Positions 26,685 to 39,463 of a stretch of DNA of 64,000 nucleotides are shown one piece after another. A program made the position numbers and the translations under genes. A model generated the notes under the pieces. The model was not told where the DNA came from and did not search any database. It saw only the letters and a program-made list of their open reading frames with translations. Source of the DNA: Octopus sinensis (taxonomy: Eukaryota); the NCBI RefSeq assembly GCF_006345805.1, contig NC_043016.1:4340001-4404000 (forward strand). Reading direction: 5' to 3'. Position 1 is the first letter of the stretch, and each line of letters starts with the position of its first letter.

Positions 26685-27573
26685 TATGAAGGGGAACTCA
26701 AAAGGAAACATTCTCTGTATGACAAACTGGTTGTAGTTAGGGCTTCTGCCGCTAGCAGCCACTTGATGCAATCCTCAGATATCGGTCTGCCAACTGGTGG
26801 CATCAAGTGGGTCATACTACCATGTGGTGCATCTTTGTTTTGCAGTGTTTGTCAATTTCTGCTATAGTTGAAATGAAGGAACAGTATGCTTCAATGAAAT
26901 TCCGTTTTCTGCTGGGAAAAACAGCAGCCAAAACAGTTGTCAGGCTTCAAACAGCTTACAAGGATGTTGCCATGAGCAAAGCACAAGTTTATGAGTGGTT
27001 TTCATGCTCTAGGAATGGTCACTTGTCACTTGAAGACCAACCTCATTCAGGGTGACTGTTGACCTCCTGAATGAATGAAAACATCACAAAAGTTCATGAA
27101 GTGACCATTACCAAACAATTAAGAAACTTGTTGATGTGATTGGTGTCTCCTGTGGCTCCTGCCAATGAAATTTTGAGTGAGAAATTGCGAATGCAAAGAG
27201 TTGCAGCAAAATTTGTACCTTGCTTGATCAAGGAAGATCAAAAGCAGTCACGACTGAATACATGTTGTGAAGTGAAAGAACAGATGGAAGTTAATCCAGA
27301 CCTTTTTTTTTTTTTTTTGAAGGTCATCACTAGTGTTACTACACTTAGGGTTAGGGTTGCTATGCTGATGTGGAAGAGATGAAGAAAAAATAACGACAGA
27401 GGCATTAAAAGGCTAGATATCTAGGACTGCTTTAAACAGTAGAAAATGCGTTTGGACTGAAGCATTGCATCAAATGGAGAATACTTTGAAGGCAATAAAA
27501 GTGTAAAACATGTAAATCTAAGGGAATAAAATAATATTGCAAAATTCCGGTTTCTTTTGGGTACCCGTTCATA
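26685..27573 (+). mobile_element. Internally deleted mariner (Tc1/mariner) transposon
   Basis: TA-flanked imperfect TIRs of about 29 bp (tatgaaggggaactcaaaaggaaac against the reverse complement of ccggtttcttttgggtacccgttcata). Transposase remnants KFRFLLGKTAAKTV...VYEWF...LEDQPHSG and RVAAKFVPCL..DQK. Confidence 0.9.
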
Positions 27574-27620
27574 TGTGCTTTGAGATCCAGTTCTTAAAAA
27601 AGAATAATAAAACTAATAAT

Positions 27621-30600
27621 AATCATCATCATCATCACTTAATGTCTGCCTTCTATACTGCATGGGTTGGATGGTTTGACAGAATCTGTCCAGGCAGAAG
27701 CCAGCACCAGACATCTGTGGCTGCTTTGGCAAGGTTTTAACAGTTAGATTCCCTTCCTAACACCAATCACCCAACAGAATGGCTGAGTGCTTCTTATGTG
27801 GCACAAGCACAGGCGAGGTCAGTTTTGGCAAGGTTTTTACAGCTGGATGCCCTTCCAAATGCCAACCACTTCACAGTGTGGACTGGGTGCTTTTTAAGTG
27901 GCACCTGCACTGACAGGGTCACCAAGTAGCTTGCAAGACAAAGAACCTTTGAGAAGGGGGAGGGCATTGGAGGAGGAGGTGATCTTGTGTCAGATGTTGA
28001 AAGGTTATAGTGAGACAAAGAGAGACAGAGACAAGTGTCTTGCTGTAGGGGAGGTACAAGGTTACCCAGCCAGAGGGAGAGAGGGATCAGGAATGAGGAC
28101 AGAAACAGGTGTGTCACTGTAAAGGAGATACATGGTTACCCATCCTGAAGAAAGAGGAAGGGAAAGAGTGAGAGTGAGAGACAACAAGAATGCAAGAGAG
28201 AGCAGGAGAGAGAGATGGTGGTGGAGTGCTGGGCATACTCACAAGGGATAGGGATCAGAATATAAATGGGGTGGTTGAGTAAAAGAAGAGAGGGACAGAT
28301 GGTGGCAAGTGCCAAGAACCTTGAGGTTCAAAGGTCATAAAATAAGTGGCAGGGCATTGCCAATGAAGCATGAGTAGAGAGTGAGTAGGGATGGGGACTA
28401 CAGTGAGTGGTGAGAACCTGAGTACAAAGAGCAGGATGCCACTGGATAGCAATGATACAATGAGCAGGGCTGTGCAGACAAGATTAGAGAGTAAGAGATA
28501 AGCATAGAGCTTGAAAAAGGAAATATGCAGAAGTGATATAGTTTGGTTGTTGGGGTAGGGTGTGTGAAAAGTTTTCTTGTTAGGTGTGGGTGGAACACAC
28601 AGCACTTCTAGAACTCAGTTTTGCCAATGTGGGCATCTCCTCTTAAGAACCTCATATTGCCAGACATCTCAGTCCATTGTCATTTCTTTTGTGAGATCCA
28701 ATATCCTGAGATGGATCCTCACCACTTCATCTCATATCTTCCTGGGTCTCTCTCTTCCACAGGTACCACCCACTTTCAGTGATCAGCACTTCTTTATACA
28801 GCTGTCCTCATTCATATCCATCACATGTCCAAATCAACATAGTCTTCTCTTTTGCATTTGATTCCTCTTATGCCCAACTTTTCTCTCAATATGATTGCAC
28901 TTTGTCATACATGCACACTGATGTTGCACATCCAGTGGAGCATACTACCTTCATTTCTCTCCAGTCTGCACATGTCTTCTACATTCAAAGCCCATGTCTC
29001 ACTACCATGGAGTTTAACCGTTCGCACACAAGTATCATACAATCTACTCTTCACTCTGAGAGAGAGAGAGTCCTTTTGTTGTCAACACATGTAATAGTTC
29101 TCTGAACTTCTTTCATCTTGTTCTTATTCTTGAAACAATACTATCAGAGCATCCTCCACCATTGCTAATTTGGTCACTTAGGTAACAGAAAATAACTACA
29201 ACCTCAAAAGAGCCTCCAGGCTATTTGAGAGAATCTAAGTCCTGTGTGCTCTTAGTGCTTATTGTTCCTGCTCACCTGCCACATACAAAGATGACTTTAT
29301 CTGTTAATCTACATGTGATTCCACTGCACCTCTTATGTGTCCAACGCTTACACTGGGTGTAGCAAATGGAATTACTTCCCACTCCTTTCTTACATATCGA
29401 GCAGGGCCATTTACCTGACAGAAAGAGAGTCTTATCTTCTTTCTTGCTAACAACTCTGGTCTTTGCCAGGTTAACTTTAAAGCCCTCTGATTCCAGGTTT
29501 TACTTCCATACCTGGAATTTCTTCTCTGTTTCTGCTAAAGGTTCTGCAATAAAAGCAAGATCATCAGCATAAAGTGGTTCCTTTGGGCATCAGGTTTTGA
29601 ATTCTTCTGTTACGGCCTGGTGGACTCTTATGAATAAAATGGACTGAGAACTAAACCTTGGTGAACCCCTATTTGTACACTGTATTCATGGCCAACTCAC
29701 CTTCTTGACAGCACCTCTGTACATGGCTTGTACAGCTCTAACAAGCCACTCTTCTACTACTAACTTCCTCAGAGATCACCAGATAACGGAGCAAGGAACT
29801 CTCTTGAAAGCTTTCTTCAGGTCAATGAAAGCTAAGTATAATGGTTTACTTTTGGCCAAATACTTTTCCTGTTGCTTTCTCACTAGGAAGATTGCATCTG
29901 TGCTACTATTTCCAAGTGCATGACCAAACTGCATCTTATCTAGTTTAATTCTATTCTTAATCATTTGAACTGTAACCCTCTCAGTAACTTTTATGGCCTA
30001 GCCTAGTAGTTTGATATTTCTGTAGTTGTTTCTATCTAAGGCATCACCTTTACCCATGTGGCAGTTAACTATAATACTACTACACCAGTCATTGGGGATA
30101 GTGCCTTCCTGAATAACCTGATTAACTATACAGGTGACTAGGCTGTATGCTACACCACCAGATATTTTAATAATCTCTGAAGTGATTCCTGATTACCCAG
30201 GGACTTACCCTCTCTTCATATCCTTGATTGCCTTATCTATTATGCTGCTATCAATTGGTTCAACATTTGAAAGACTCTCTTTCTCCCATGCATTTTCCAC
30301 ATTTAGTAACCTGACATAGTGATGCTTCCATGCCTTAATAATAATAATAATCATGTGATTAAGTTTGCTTCCAAACCACATGATTTTGGTCTCATTGTCT
30401 GCTGAAATCGTGTGGATTAGAAGCAAACCTCATTATGTTCCTGCTATACTCATATGTGATATGGGCCCATAGAAACTTTGAGAGTGTATGTTAAGCATGA
30501 GCTGGAGATCTTTTATACCTGGCACAGAGGTTCTAGGAAAGCAAGTTGCTTCAGTATTAAAGCTCATGTCATCAAGGACCATATGTGACAGGTAAGGTTG

Positions 30601-30700
30601 GTCTTGCCATCCTTCTTCAGATTTTAATTTTTTTACTTTATAGAAATTAGTTCTTTTTAAGAATCTCCAAAACATGTCAGAAAAGAGATTCTCATGACAT
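27621..30700 (-). mobile_element. Decayed RTE LINE (RT domain, C-terminus and long 3' UTR)
   Basis: The minus strand has QFG...STDAIFLVRKQQEKYLAKSKPLYLAFIDLKKAF, VHQG and LYADD motifs, and ends in the shared RTE 3' UTR with a (cat)n tail at about 27621. Confidence 0.85.
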
Positions 30701-31089
30701 CACTTTTTAAATGAAATCAGCGTTACATAGTCATCTGTGGATGCATGGTTAAAGAGCTATCAATGTTTACAGAGATATATCTGGAATGAGAAAGTGATCT
30801 AGCTTCGAATCAAGCTCATGGCCACCACCATGTACTTACATAATGCAGGTGGATTTTTTTTCTATGTATCTATGTGTGTATGCATTATACGTGTGTGTGT
30901 GTGTGTGTGTGTGTCTCTCTCTCTCTCCCTGTATATATATATATATATATACATATATAATTTTAACTTTAATTTAAATATTTTGATTTGGAATTTTATA
31001 TTTTTTATATTTTATATTTTTTTAATTAATTTTATTTCTTTGTATTGGCTTATAATTTTCACTGTTTGATTTGCCTAATAGTGGTTTTA

Positions 31090-31280
31090 TCTCTAATTTA
31101 ATATAATATATATACACATATATATATACATACATATATATATATATACCTACGTATGTATATATATATATATATATATACGTACTTATATATACATACG
31201 TGTATGTATATATATATATATATGTATGTATATATATGTATATATATATATATATATTATACATACGTATATATATATAT
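31090..31280. repeat. (TA)n compound microsatellite
   Basis: Read directly from the sequence. Confidence 0.95.
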
Positions 31281-31282
31281 AA

Positions 31283-31505
31283 GGCGAGCTGGCAGACATC
31301 TTAGCGCGCCAGGCGAAATGCTTAGTGGTATTTCGTCTGTTGTTATGTTCTGAGTTCAAATTTCGCCAAGGTCGACTTTGCCTTTCATCCTTTTGGGGTT
31401 GATAAAGTACCAGTTTCCCACTGGGGTCGATGTAATTGACTTAATCCCATTGTCTGTCCTTGTTTGTCCCCTCTATGTTTAGCCCCTTGTGGGCAATAAA
31501 GAAAT
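31283..31505 (+). mobile_element. tRNA-derived SINE with Deu/Nin-like domain (best-preserved copy)
   Basis: Box A-like tggcagacatcttagc, box B-like gagttcaaatt, central gcctttcatccttttggggttgataaagtacc. The tail is also seen inverted at 50962-51030. Confidence 0.8.
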
Positions 31506-31602
31506 ATATATATGTGTGTGTGTGTGTGTGAGTGTAGAGTGAGAGAGAGACATGCACACACACACACACCCATATATTATTTTATGTATTTTTTGTTGTC
31601 AT

Positions 31603-32230
31603 TGTCATCATCATTTAACATCTGTGTTCCAAGCTGGCATGGGTTGGGCAGTTTGATACAGGATCTGATATATCCAAGGACTGCGTCATGCTGCAGTGTC
31701 TGTTTTGGCATGGTCTCTATGATTGGATGGCGTTCCTGATGCCAACCCCCTTGGTACAGTCTGGTCCAGGTGCTTTCTTTGTACTTACACCTGTCAAGGT
31801 CACTATGCAGCTCATACAACTACAAACTCTGGTGTGGAGGTCAGCTTCATGCTAGGAGAAGAGAGTATTGAATTATGAGAAGGAGTGGGGCAATGCATGT
31901 TCTTGTAGATGATTGGCAAGGTTCCTTGTGGTAGAGGAAGAGAAAATGAAGAGTTAGGAATTGCAAGAGATAAGATAATGGCAATAAGGTGTCCAGGTGA
32001 TACCACAATGTACGGGAAGGAGAATGAGTGGATGTGGAGGCAGACTGCCCAAGTGGGCAGGGTTGAAAGGTGGATGAACAAGGAGCCTTGAGTTGAGAAA
32101 AGTAGTGGGAGGTAAGTAGCAAGAGTAGTAAAGATGATACTGTTTCCTGGGGTAGAGGCAAAAAGAAAAGAATGACATGGTCAGCAGGGTGAAGTTGGGA
32201 ACGAGAAGAGGCAAGCTTTATGCATTGAAA
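31603..32230 (-). mobile_element. RTE 3'-UTR copy with long purine-rich extension
   Basis: (cat)n tail, then catctgtgttccaagctggcatgggttgg...ttcctgatgccaacc. Similar layout to 27621-28560. Confidence 0.6.
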
Positions 32231-32559
32231 TATGGATGAGCCACTATGTGTTATGTGTGTGTGTACTCACGTATGTGTGTATAGGGATTGATAGACAGAC
32301 ATACACATACACACATGTATAAAAACTGAGAGGATATGTTCTTATACTCATTAAACTTTAGAATTTCTCACTCTCTACAAGGATATAATCTGTTATTTGT
32401 AAGCTCACTTCAGTGCACCCCATGTCCTGCAGGACTTACCTCTAAACTAAAAGTGACAGCCATTGAAAATGGTCTTTTCCAATATTTTGAAATTCTCCCT
32501 ACTCAGTGACCATCAAAGCAACATCCAGAGTTAGATTCACTCTTTATGTCATTCACCTG

Positions 32560-32900
32560 TAGACCTACACTTTAGAGAAATTCAGTGAAAACGATGTTGG
32601 TGTTATATCTGCAAGGCTTTTCACCTTGTCTCGTATGCATATCTTCTCTCGAAACGTCTCACCTGTGGGCTTTACCCATTTCTCATCTCTTGGATCTGTA
32701 GCTTCCATGCAGTATGTCTTGATAGAGATATTTCTGCTTCATTTTCAACCACTTGTAGTCTGCCTAAGGTTTGGTCTTGTCAATCTGACTTTTCTCTTCA
32801 GGGCCATAATGTTCAACCCCAAACGGATGCTCACACTTTGCAAAATTCAAATGAGACCCACAATTGGTCTTTGCTCCTATATCTGGGATGATACTGCTGC
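32560..32900 (+). mobile_element. L2/CR1-like LINE fragment
   Basis: The ORF reads LFRAIMFNPKRMLTLCKIQMRPTIGLCSYIW, similar to LFR...F...LLTLYKAQIRPxxEYCSHIW. Confidence 0.6.
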
Positions 32901-34479
32901 TGCTACTACTACTACTACACACACACACAGACACCCCTGGTCCACACCACTAATTGGCATTAAATCACTGACATATTTGCATGTGTGTGTGTATACATAT
33001 ATATATGTATAAGTACAGATTTACTGTTTGAAGTAAGCATTACATCTGTAAATATAGAGGCTACCAACTTACCTATCGTCCCGTCCCACATACCTACTTA
33101 CATACCAAAGCTACATGCCTTAAATACTTGTACATTTTCTTTTTTTCTTTTTTTTTTCACTACAATACTGTGCTTACATACAAATCATACAATGTCTTAA
33201 ATATTTTCTACTCTACTTCAGCATTCTTACCCTAAATATAGATATTTGAAAATCAAGTCAGAATAACTCTCTCTCTCTCTCTCTCTCTCCCTCTCTCTCT
33301 CTCTCTCACACACACACCTCCACACACCTTAATCATTTTAGTTTTGACACTCTTTATATCACTTTCTGTATATAACTTGGTTTCTCTCCTCTTCCCCCAT
33401 GCTCCTCCTTTATGTCACTTCATATATAGTTTAGCTTTTCTCAATTACGATAAAATGTAAAAATTAGCAGTTTGTAAAAATTGCTTATTTACATATATTA
33501 TGCACATGGTGAGTTGTACAGAATTCTCTTTTGAAACTCATGGTTCAGAATCTAATTGCATGCTGTGTCCCTACCTTGGGCAAGTGTCCCAACCAGTTTG
33601 ACAAATGACTTGCAAGTGGAAATTTGGTAGATGGAATCTCTGCTGGGATCTGTCATATATACACATTCATGCATAGACACTTACAAGTACGTACATAACA
33701 CGCATGCATACATTCATACATACATACATAACATGCATACATAAGTATGTTCCTGGGTTGAACTTATACCATTCACATGTGGATTAATAAGCATTCTCTT
33801 TCTTCAACAGCCTCACATGGTACCACTTGCGTCTTACTTCTATTTCCAACAACAGTAAAGGCATGTGTGCATCCAACATTCCAAACAAACTTTTTACTAT
33901 ATATTGTAATATACATGCATATCTGTGTGTGTGTGAAGAGAGAGATAAGGAAAGAGTGATTGATTAATGGTTTATCAACATCCTTTTATGCTTAGGTTGT
34001 GCTGGGCTGGTTACTACAGTTCAGATTAGTCCTTATTCAGAGTTACTGTCCACTTTGATGGCTCATAAGATCACACCTCACTCATACCTCACTTGTAACT
34101 GAGTTTTCCTACATGGATGCCATATCTGACTTTAACCATTTTGCAGGTTGTACTGAGTGCATTTTGCTGTCATGGCATTAGCATTAGAGAGATTGTTTTC
34201 TCTTCAAACGACTAAGGTTTCCCCTCATCCTTACAACATTTTTACTCATTTGCTAAATTGTACAGTTACAGGGTTGCCTTGCAATCTATCAAATCTGTGA
34301 TGATATGACAGATGTGTGTGATCAGGAAAGTGATGACCAAAGAAGAACCAGGGTTGATGGGTAAATGGAGGGCAATTGGAGTGAGAGACTTGTTGAAAAG
34401 GAAAACTTAATGGTTGATAAAAATGGGGTTGTCAGTAATGAAGGACCCAAGAGTGAAAGGTTGATGTTAGAGTTTTTGA

Positions 34480-35230
34480 TTTAATCGTTTATACATAGGC
34501 CTTGTGGAAAGAGGGAAAAATAAAACATAGCATCCTCAGAGCCCACATATCATACAGTGGGGGCACTCTATTGAAGGTTTCCTCTAGATTTACAGATGAC
34601 AAGGATAATGGTTTATTCTTGCCTGATTGTGAAAATAACATCAGTAGCACTTCTCACCAGGGCAAAGCTAAACTGCATTTTGTCTAGTTTAACTCTGCCC
34701 CTAATTAATTGGGTTGTAACTCGCTCTGTAATTTTCATCACCTGGCCCAGGAGTTTGATGCCTCTGTGATTGCTTCAATCTAAAGCATACCCCTTACCTT
34801 TATAGCAGTTAATTATTATGTTGTTACACCAGGCACTGGGTATTACACCTTCCTGAATAACCAAATTAGCTATGCAGGTGACTAGTCTGTATCTTATCTT
34901 ACCAGATATTTTGAGCATCTCAGCAATGACCCCAGATGGACCTGTTTTCATATCTTCAATTGCCTTATCTACCATGCTACTGTCCACAAGGATAGCCGGT
35001 CCCTTTGTTGGGTTCACATGAGGGAGACTCCCTTTATCCCACTCATTCTCCACATTCAATAGCCTTGCAGAGTAACTCTTCCACATCTATTTCTTGTCTG
35101 AATCACTGAGTGCAAGCTTACCATTATCCATTCATACACACTTTTCTCCTACAACTCAGCATACATCTACCTGTCTCTGCTTGAGCATTTCAATTATCTC
35201 TCCAGACCTACCATTGATTATGGAAGCTCT
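34480..35230 (-). mobile_element. RTE LINE fragment (pre-RT region)
   Basis: The ORF reads LLNVENEWDK...AIEDMKTGPSGVIAEMLK...IPSAWCNNIIINCYKGKGYALD. Confidence 0.85.
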
Positions 35231-35917
35231 GAACTTGTAGAACTGGAAAAAAGCTTGGTAGGATGTTTCAAGCTTCTAAAAAAGAAAAAGATCTTTGGGA
35301 ATCGCATGCCTTGAAGCTGCAGACCCTTGTGCTTAGTGTGAAAAATAATACGATTGTAGTTTCAATTTCCTTCAGTCTCCTAAAGCCCTTGTGGGTATGC
35401 ACATACATGCATAGAAATGTAAATATACATACACTTTACAATTTTGTGTCTAGATTTATGTCCATAGTTCTATGAACATGCCCATGGGTGGGGAGCAGAA
35501 AGACATGTGTGTGTGTATGCACTCAAACCACGTTCACAGGGGTAGGAGGAACTGTAAAAGAGATTCAGTTGAGATCACATGACAAGATGTCCTACCACAA
35601 ACTATACCAACCGAGGGAAGAAATAACTGCCATTTTGCTATCATCATCATCATCATTATCCAGCAAGATTTAATGATGTCATGTACAGGCAGTTCCCTGT
35701 GAAGGTTTCTAGGAGCAAGGATGAATTGATTCATAATACACATATTTATAGGCATGAATTCATGTTTGAGGCTCTGATGAAACTAAGGTATCAATCAGGT
35801 ACTCAAAAATGAGTCCACTGCATCTCATAGGGGAAACAGCTGTAAGCTAATGAGGTTCATAAGATAATTGTTTATTCATTTTTCATCTTGTTTCTTATTA
35901 CTGCTCTTATATATATG

Positions 35918-36042
35918 ATGTTAGGAAGGGCATCCAGCTGTATAAACTCTGCAAGATCAGATTGGAGCCTGGTGCAGCCATCTGGCTCGCCAGTCTTCAG
36001 TCAAATCGTCCAAAGTGGACGTTAAACGATGATAATGATGTA
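35918..36042 (+). mobile_element. RTE 3'-UTR copy with internal deletion
   Basis: gttaggaagggcatccagctg...gtggacgttaaacgatgataatgatg. Confidence 0.8.
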
Positions 36043-36479
36043 TTTATTAATCAATCAATATATTCACCAACAATTGTTTCATTTCACAAACAAAATTACA
36101 ATTACAAAACCTATATAAATATATAATTTTGCATTTTAAACAGCTTCTACGGAGAATCACCAGGGTTTACAAAGGACAATACAAGAATTACATTAGGATA
36201 CATTTGGAACACTCAGAATATACAGACATGTTTATTGTGTGTGTGTATGCATGTGTTAAAATTATTCCTGTTATTTCAGTTCAATAATAATAATAATAAT
36301 CATGAATGATGGTTTATATTATATACGGGTGTAGTAATATAATGAATAAAAGAAAGTAAGAGAAAAATAAAATATATATTCATGTAATAAAATGAAGTAA
36401 AAGTGAAGCAAAATTTATACTCATGTATGTATATGTGTGCACATGTGCTTACGTATATATATACTCCATATGATGTACC

Positions 36480-37570
36480 CGGTGTATGCTATGGACACAT
36501 AAAAGGTACAGCAATATCAAAGGAACGTTAACCAGGAAAATAGTTTTTGTGTGTGGCAGATGCACTGGGGCAATAAACCCTGAAGATGTACAGAAAACGG
36601 ATTCCATCACATGTTGGGGGGGGGGACTAGTAGTTCATAGCTTCTGCTACCTAGGCGACCAAGTCTGTAGTGGGGAGGGGGCTGCACTTGTAGAGTGTAG
36701 CGACTAGAGTAAAAATAGTTTGGGCAAAGTTCAGGGAGTTCCTACCTCTGCTGGCAACTAAGGGCTTCTCACTCAGGGTGAAAGGCAGACTGTATGATGC
36801 ATGTGTGCAAACTGCCATGCTACATGGCAGTGAAACATGGACCATGAATGCTGAGGACATGCGTAGTCTTGAAAGACCTGAAGCTAGAATAATCCACTGC
36901 GTAAGTGTCCTGAGAGAAAAGTTGGGCATAAGAAGCATCAAATGTGATATGCAAGAGAGGTGACTGCACTTGTATGCCTATTTGTTATGTATGAAAGAAG
37001 ATAGCTGTGTGAGGAAGTGCCACGCCCTAACTGTAGAAGGAACCTGTGGAAGAGGTAGACCCAAGAAGACATGGGATGAGGTGGTGAAGCATGACCTTCG
37101 AACATTGGGCCTCACGGAGGCAATGACTGGAGACCAGGACCTTTGGAGATATGCTGTGATTGAGAAGATCCGGAAGCTAAAGTGAGATTGCAGCCACGCA
37201 TGTCCAGCCATGTTAAGAATATCCCTGATACATCGGATGACATGATATGCTTGAGAAGACCTATTGAGACAAGTAAAACCAGAATCGTAGCTACTGCCAT
37301 TGCCCCTTGCCTGGCTCCTGTGCTGGTAGCATGTAAAAGCACCATGTGAATGTAATCGATGCCAGGCCAGCCTGACTGGCTCCAGTGCTGGTGGCACATA
37401 AAAAGCATCCACTACACTCTCGGAGTGGTTAGCATTAGGAAGGGCATCCAGCTGTAGAAACACTGCCAGATTAGATTGGAGCCTGGTGCAGCTGCTGGCT
37501 CTCCAGACCGCAGTCAAACCATCCAACCCATGCCAGCATGGAAAACAGATGTTAAACGATGATGATGATA
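36480..37570 (+). mobile_element. RTE LINE 3' end (ORF C-terminus, 3' UTR and (GAT)n tail)
   Basis: KGRLYDACVQTAMLHGSETW...GRGRPKKTWDEVVKHDLRTLGL...*, followed by the UTR shared with the many short copies. Confidence 0.92.
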
Positions 37571-37764
37571 CATGCAATGAGTATGTATGTCAATAGTTTA
37601 TACATCAATATGCATGTGTATGATACATATGTTCCTTTCTAAGTTGCTTCTTTAGGTATATAGATAAATGTATATACGAGCAAAAATAAAGTAAAAATAA
37701 TAGATAATAAATAAAAATGACTATATATTACACTTTTATTTTATTTTATTTCACTTTTACTTTT

Positions 37765-38070
37765 CATCATCATCATCGTTTAACATCCGCTTTCCATGCT
37801 AGCATGGGTTGGACGATTTGACTGTGGGCTGGCAAACCAGATGGCTGCACCAGGCTTCAATCTTGATCTACAGCTGGATGCCCTTCCTAACGCCAACCAC
37901 TCCGAGAGTGTAGTGGGTGCTTTTACGTGCCACCAGCATGGGGCCAGTCAGGCGGTACTGGCAACGACCTCGCTCGAATCTTTTACGCATGCCACCAGCG
38001 CAGGGGACAGTAAGGCAATGCTGGTAACGATCACACTCGAATGGTGTCTTGTACGTGCCACCGGCACGGA
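37765..38070 (-). mobile_element. RTE 3'-UTR copy, inverted relative to 37190-37570
   Basis: (cat)n, then gtttaacatccgctttccatgctagcatgggttgg...ctggatgcccttcctaacgccaaccac. Confidence 0.88.
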
Positions 38071-38859
38071 GTACTTATATATATGATATTTATTCATTAT
38101 ATTACTTTACACGCATATAATATAAACCATCATTCATGATTATTATTATTATTATGTTTGAATTGAAATAAAAAGAATAGTTTTATCACACGCACACACA
38201 CATACACACACACATAATATACATGTCTGTATATTCTGAATATTCCAAATGTATCCTAATGTAATCCTTGTATTGTCCTTTGTACACCCTGATGATACTC
38301 CGTACAAGCTATTTAAAATGCAAAATTATATATTTATATAGGTCTTGTAATTGTAATTTTGTTGGTGAATATGTTGATTGATTGATTGATTAATTAATTA
38401 ATTAATTAATTTGTATCCATCTGTTTTCTAACTCTATAATAATGTTTGATATTTCATATTTTATACAATATATTCATTGGACAAATATCTCTTCAAAATA
38501 TATATTAAAGAGTGTATCTTGGATAAAATATCCCTATAAGAGGTTTTTATATATTATACACACACACACACAGACACACACACACACACACACTCTCATG
38601 CACTCATGTACACATGCACAAACACGCACGCATACATATATGCACACATACAGTTAGTTCACTGGGAATTGGTACTGATATGACACAGATAGACAGACAT
38701 GATGGTTGCTCGCCTTCTCACATGAGCCTGCATGCCATACATTCATCAATAAGGCCTTTATAAAGTACAAATCAGACCAAGAAGTGAAATAATAATGAGA
38801 CTGCCATGTGTCATTGGATTTAAGTGACAACACCTTCTTCATTTCTTTCAGTCACTATA

Positions 38860-39085
38860 GTAAGTTCCAACGACAAGCAGTGAAAGATGACTGCTACTGT
38901 TTTGACTGCAAGAGCTGCCTTCTCCAACAGTTTTGTCAAAAATAATGGAAGCCACCTCTACCCCTGAGAATAGTAGCCTGACATATTATTCTGGATCTGA
39001 ATGGACCTACGAGTATTGGTAATTAAGAGATGAGCTCATACTCTCCACAACTCGAGCCTGTCTCCTGGATGCAGATTCATGTCAT
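38860..39085 (-). mobile_element. Decayed LINE endonuclease remnant
   Basis: Minus-strand traces of CIQE and a GV...IIFDK-like segment. Confidence 0.35.
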
Positions 39086-39099
39086 ATATATGTAACATA

Positions 39100-39429
39100 T
39101 ATTCTTTTATTTGTTTCAGTCATTTGACTGTAGCCATCCTGGAGCACCATCTTTAGTCAAGCAAATCAACCCCAGGAATTATTCTTCGTAAGCCTAGTAC
39201 TTATTCTATCGGTCATTTTTGGCGAACCACTAAGTTACTGGGATGTAGACACACCAGCATTGGTTGTCAAGCGATGTTGGGGAGACAAACACACACACAC
39301 ATGCATATATACAATGGGCTTCTTTCACTTTCCATCTACCAAATCCACTCACAAGGCTTGCCCAAGGTGCCACACAGTGGGACTGAACCCAGAACCATGT
39401 GGTTGGTAAGCAAGCTACTTACTCTTGCA

Positions 39430-39430
<1 letters not shown>
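39100..39430 (-). mobile_element. tRNA-headed SINE with internal (TG)n microsatellite
   Basis: The reverse complement has a head with gggttcagtccc (box B-like), ccttgggcaag, an internal microsatellite, and a 3' region matching 23570-23805. Confidence 0.7.

Positions 39431-39463
<33 letters not shown>

Larger units (their letters stand above)
36045..38395. repeat. Long inverted repeat (arms about 36045-36420, and about 37735-37765 plus 38085-38395) enclosing RTE insertions
   Basis: The reverse complement of 38085-38395 aligns by eye with 36045-36350 over about 300 bp. Confidence 0.9.

Noticed and set aside
31283-31360. tRNA-like box A/box B sequences here and at 10929, 24780, 39350, 45740 and 57830
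   Set aside because: They are SINE heads. No cloverleaf or acceptor stem could be built, so they are not called tRNA genes.
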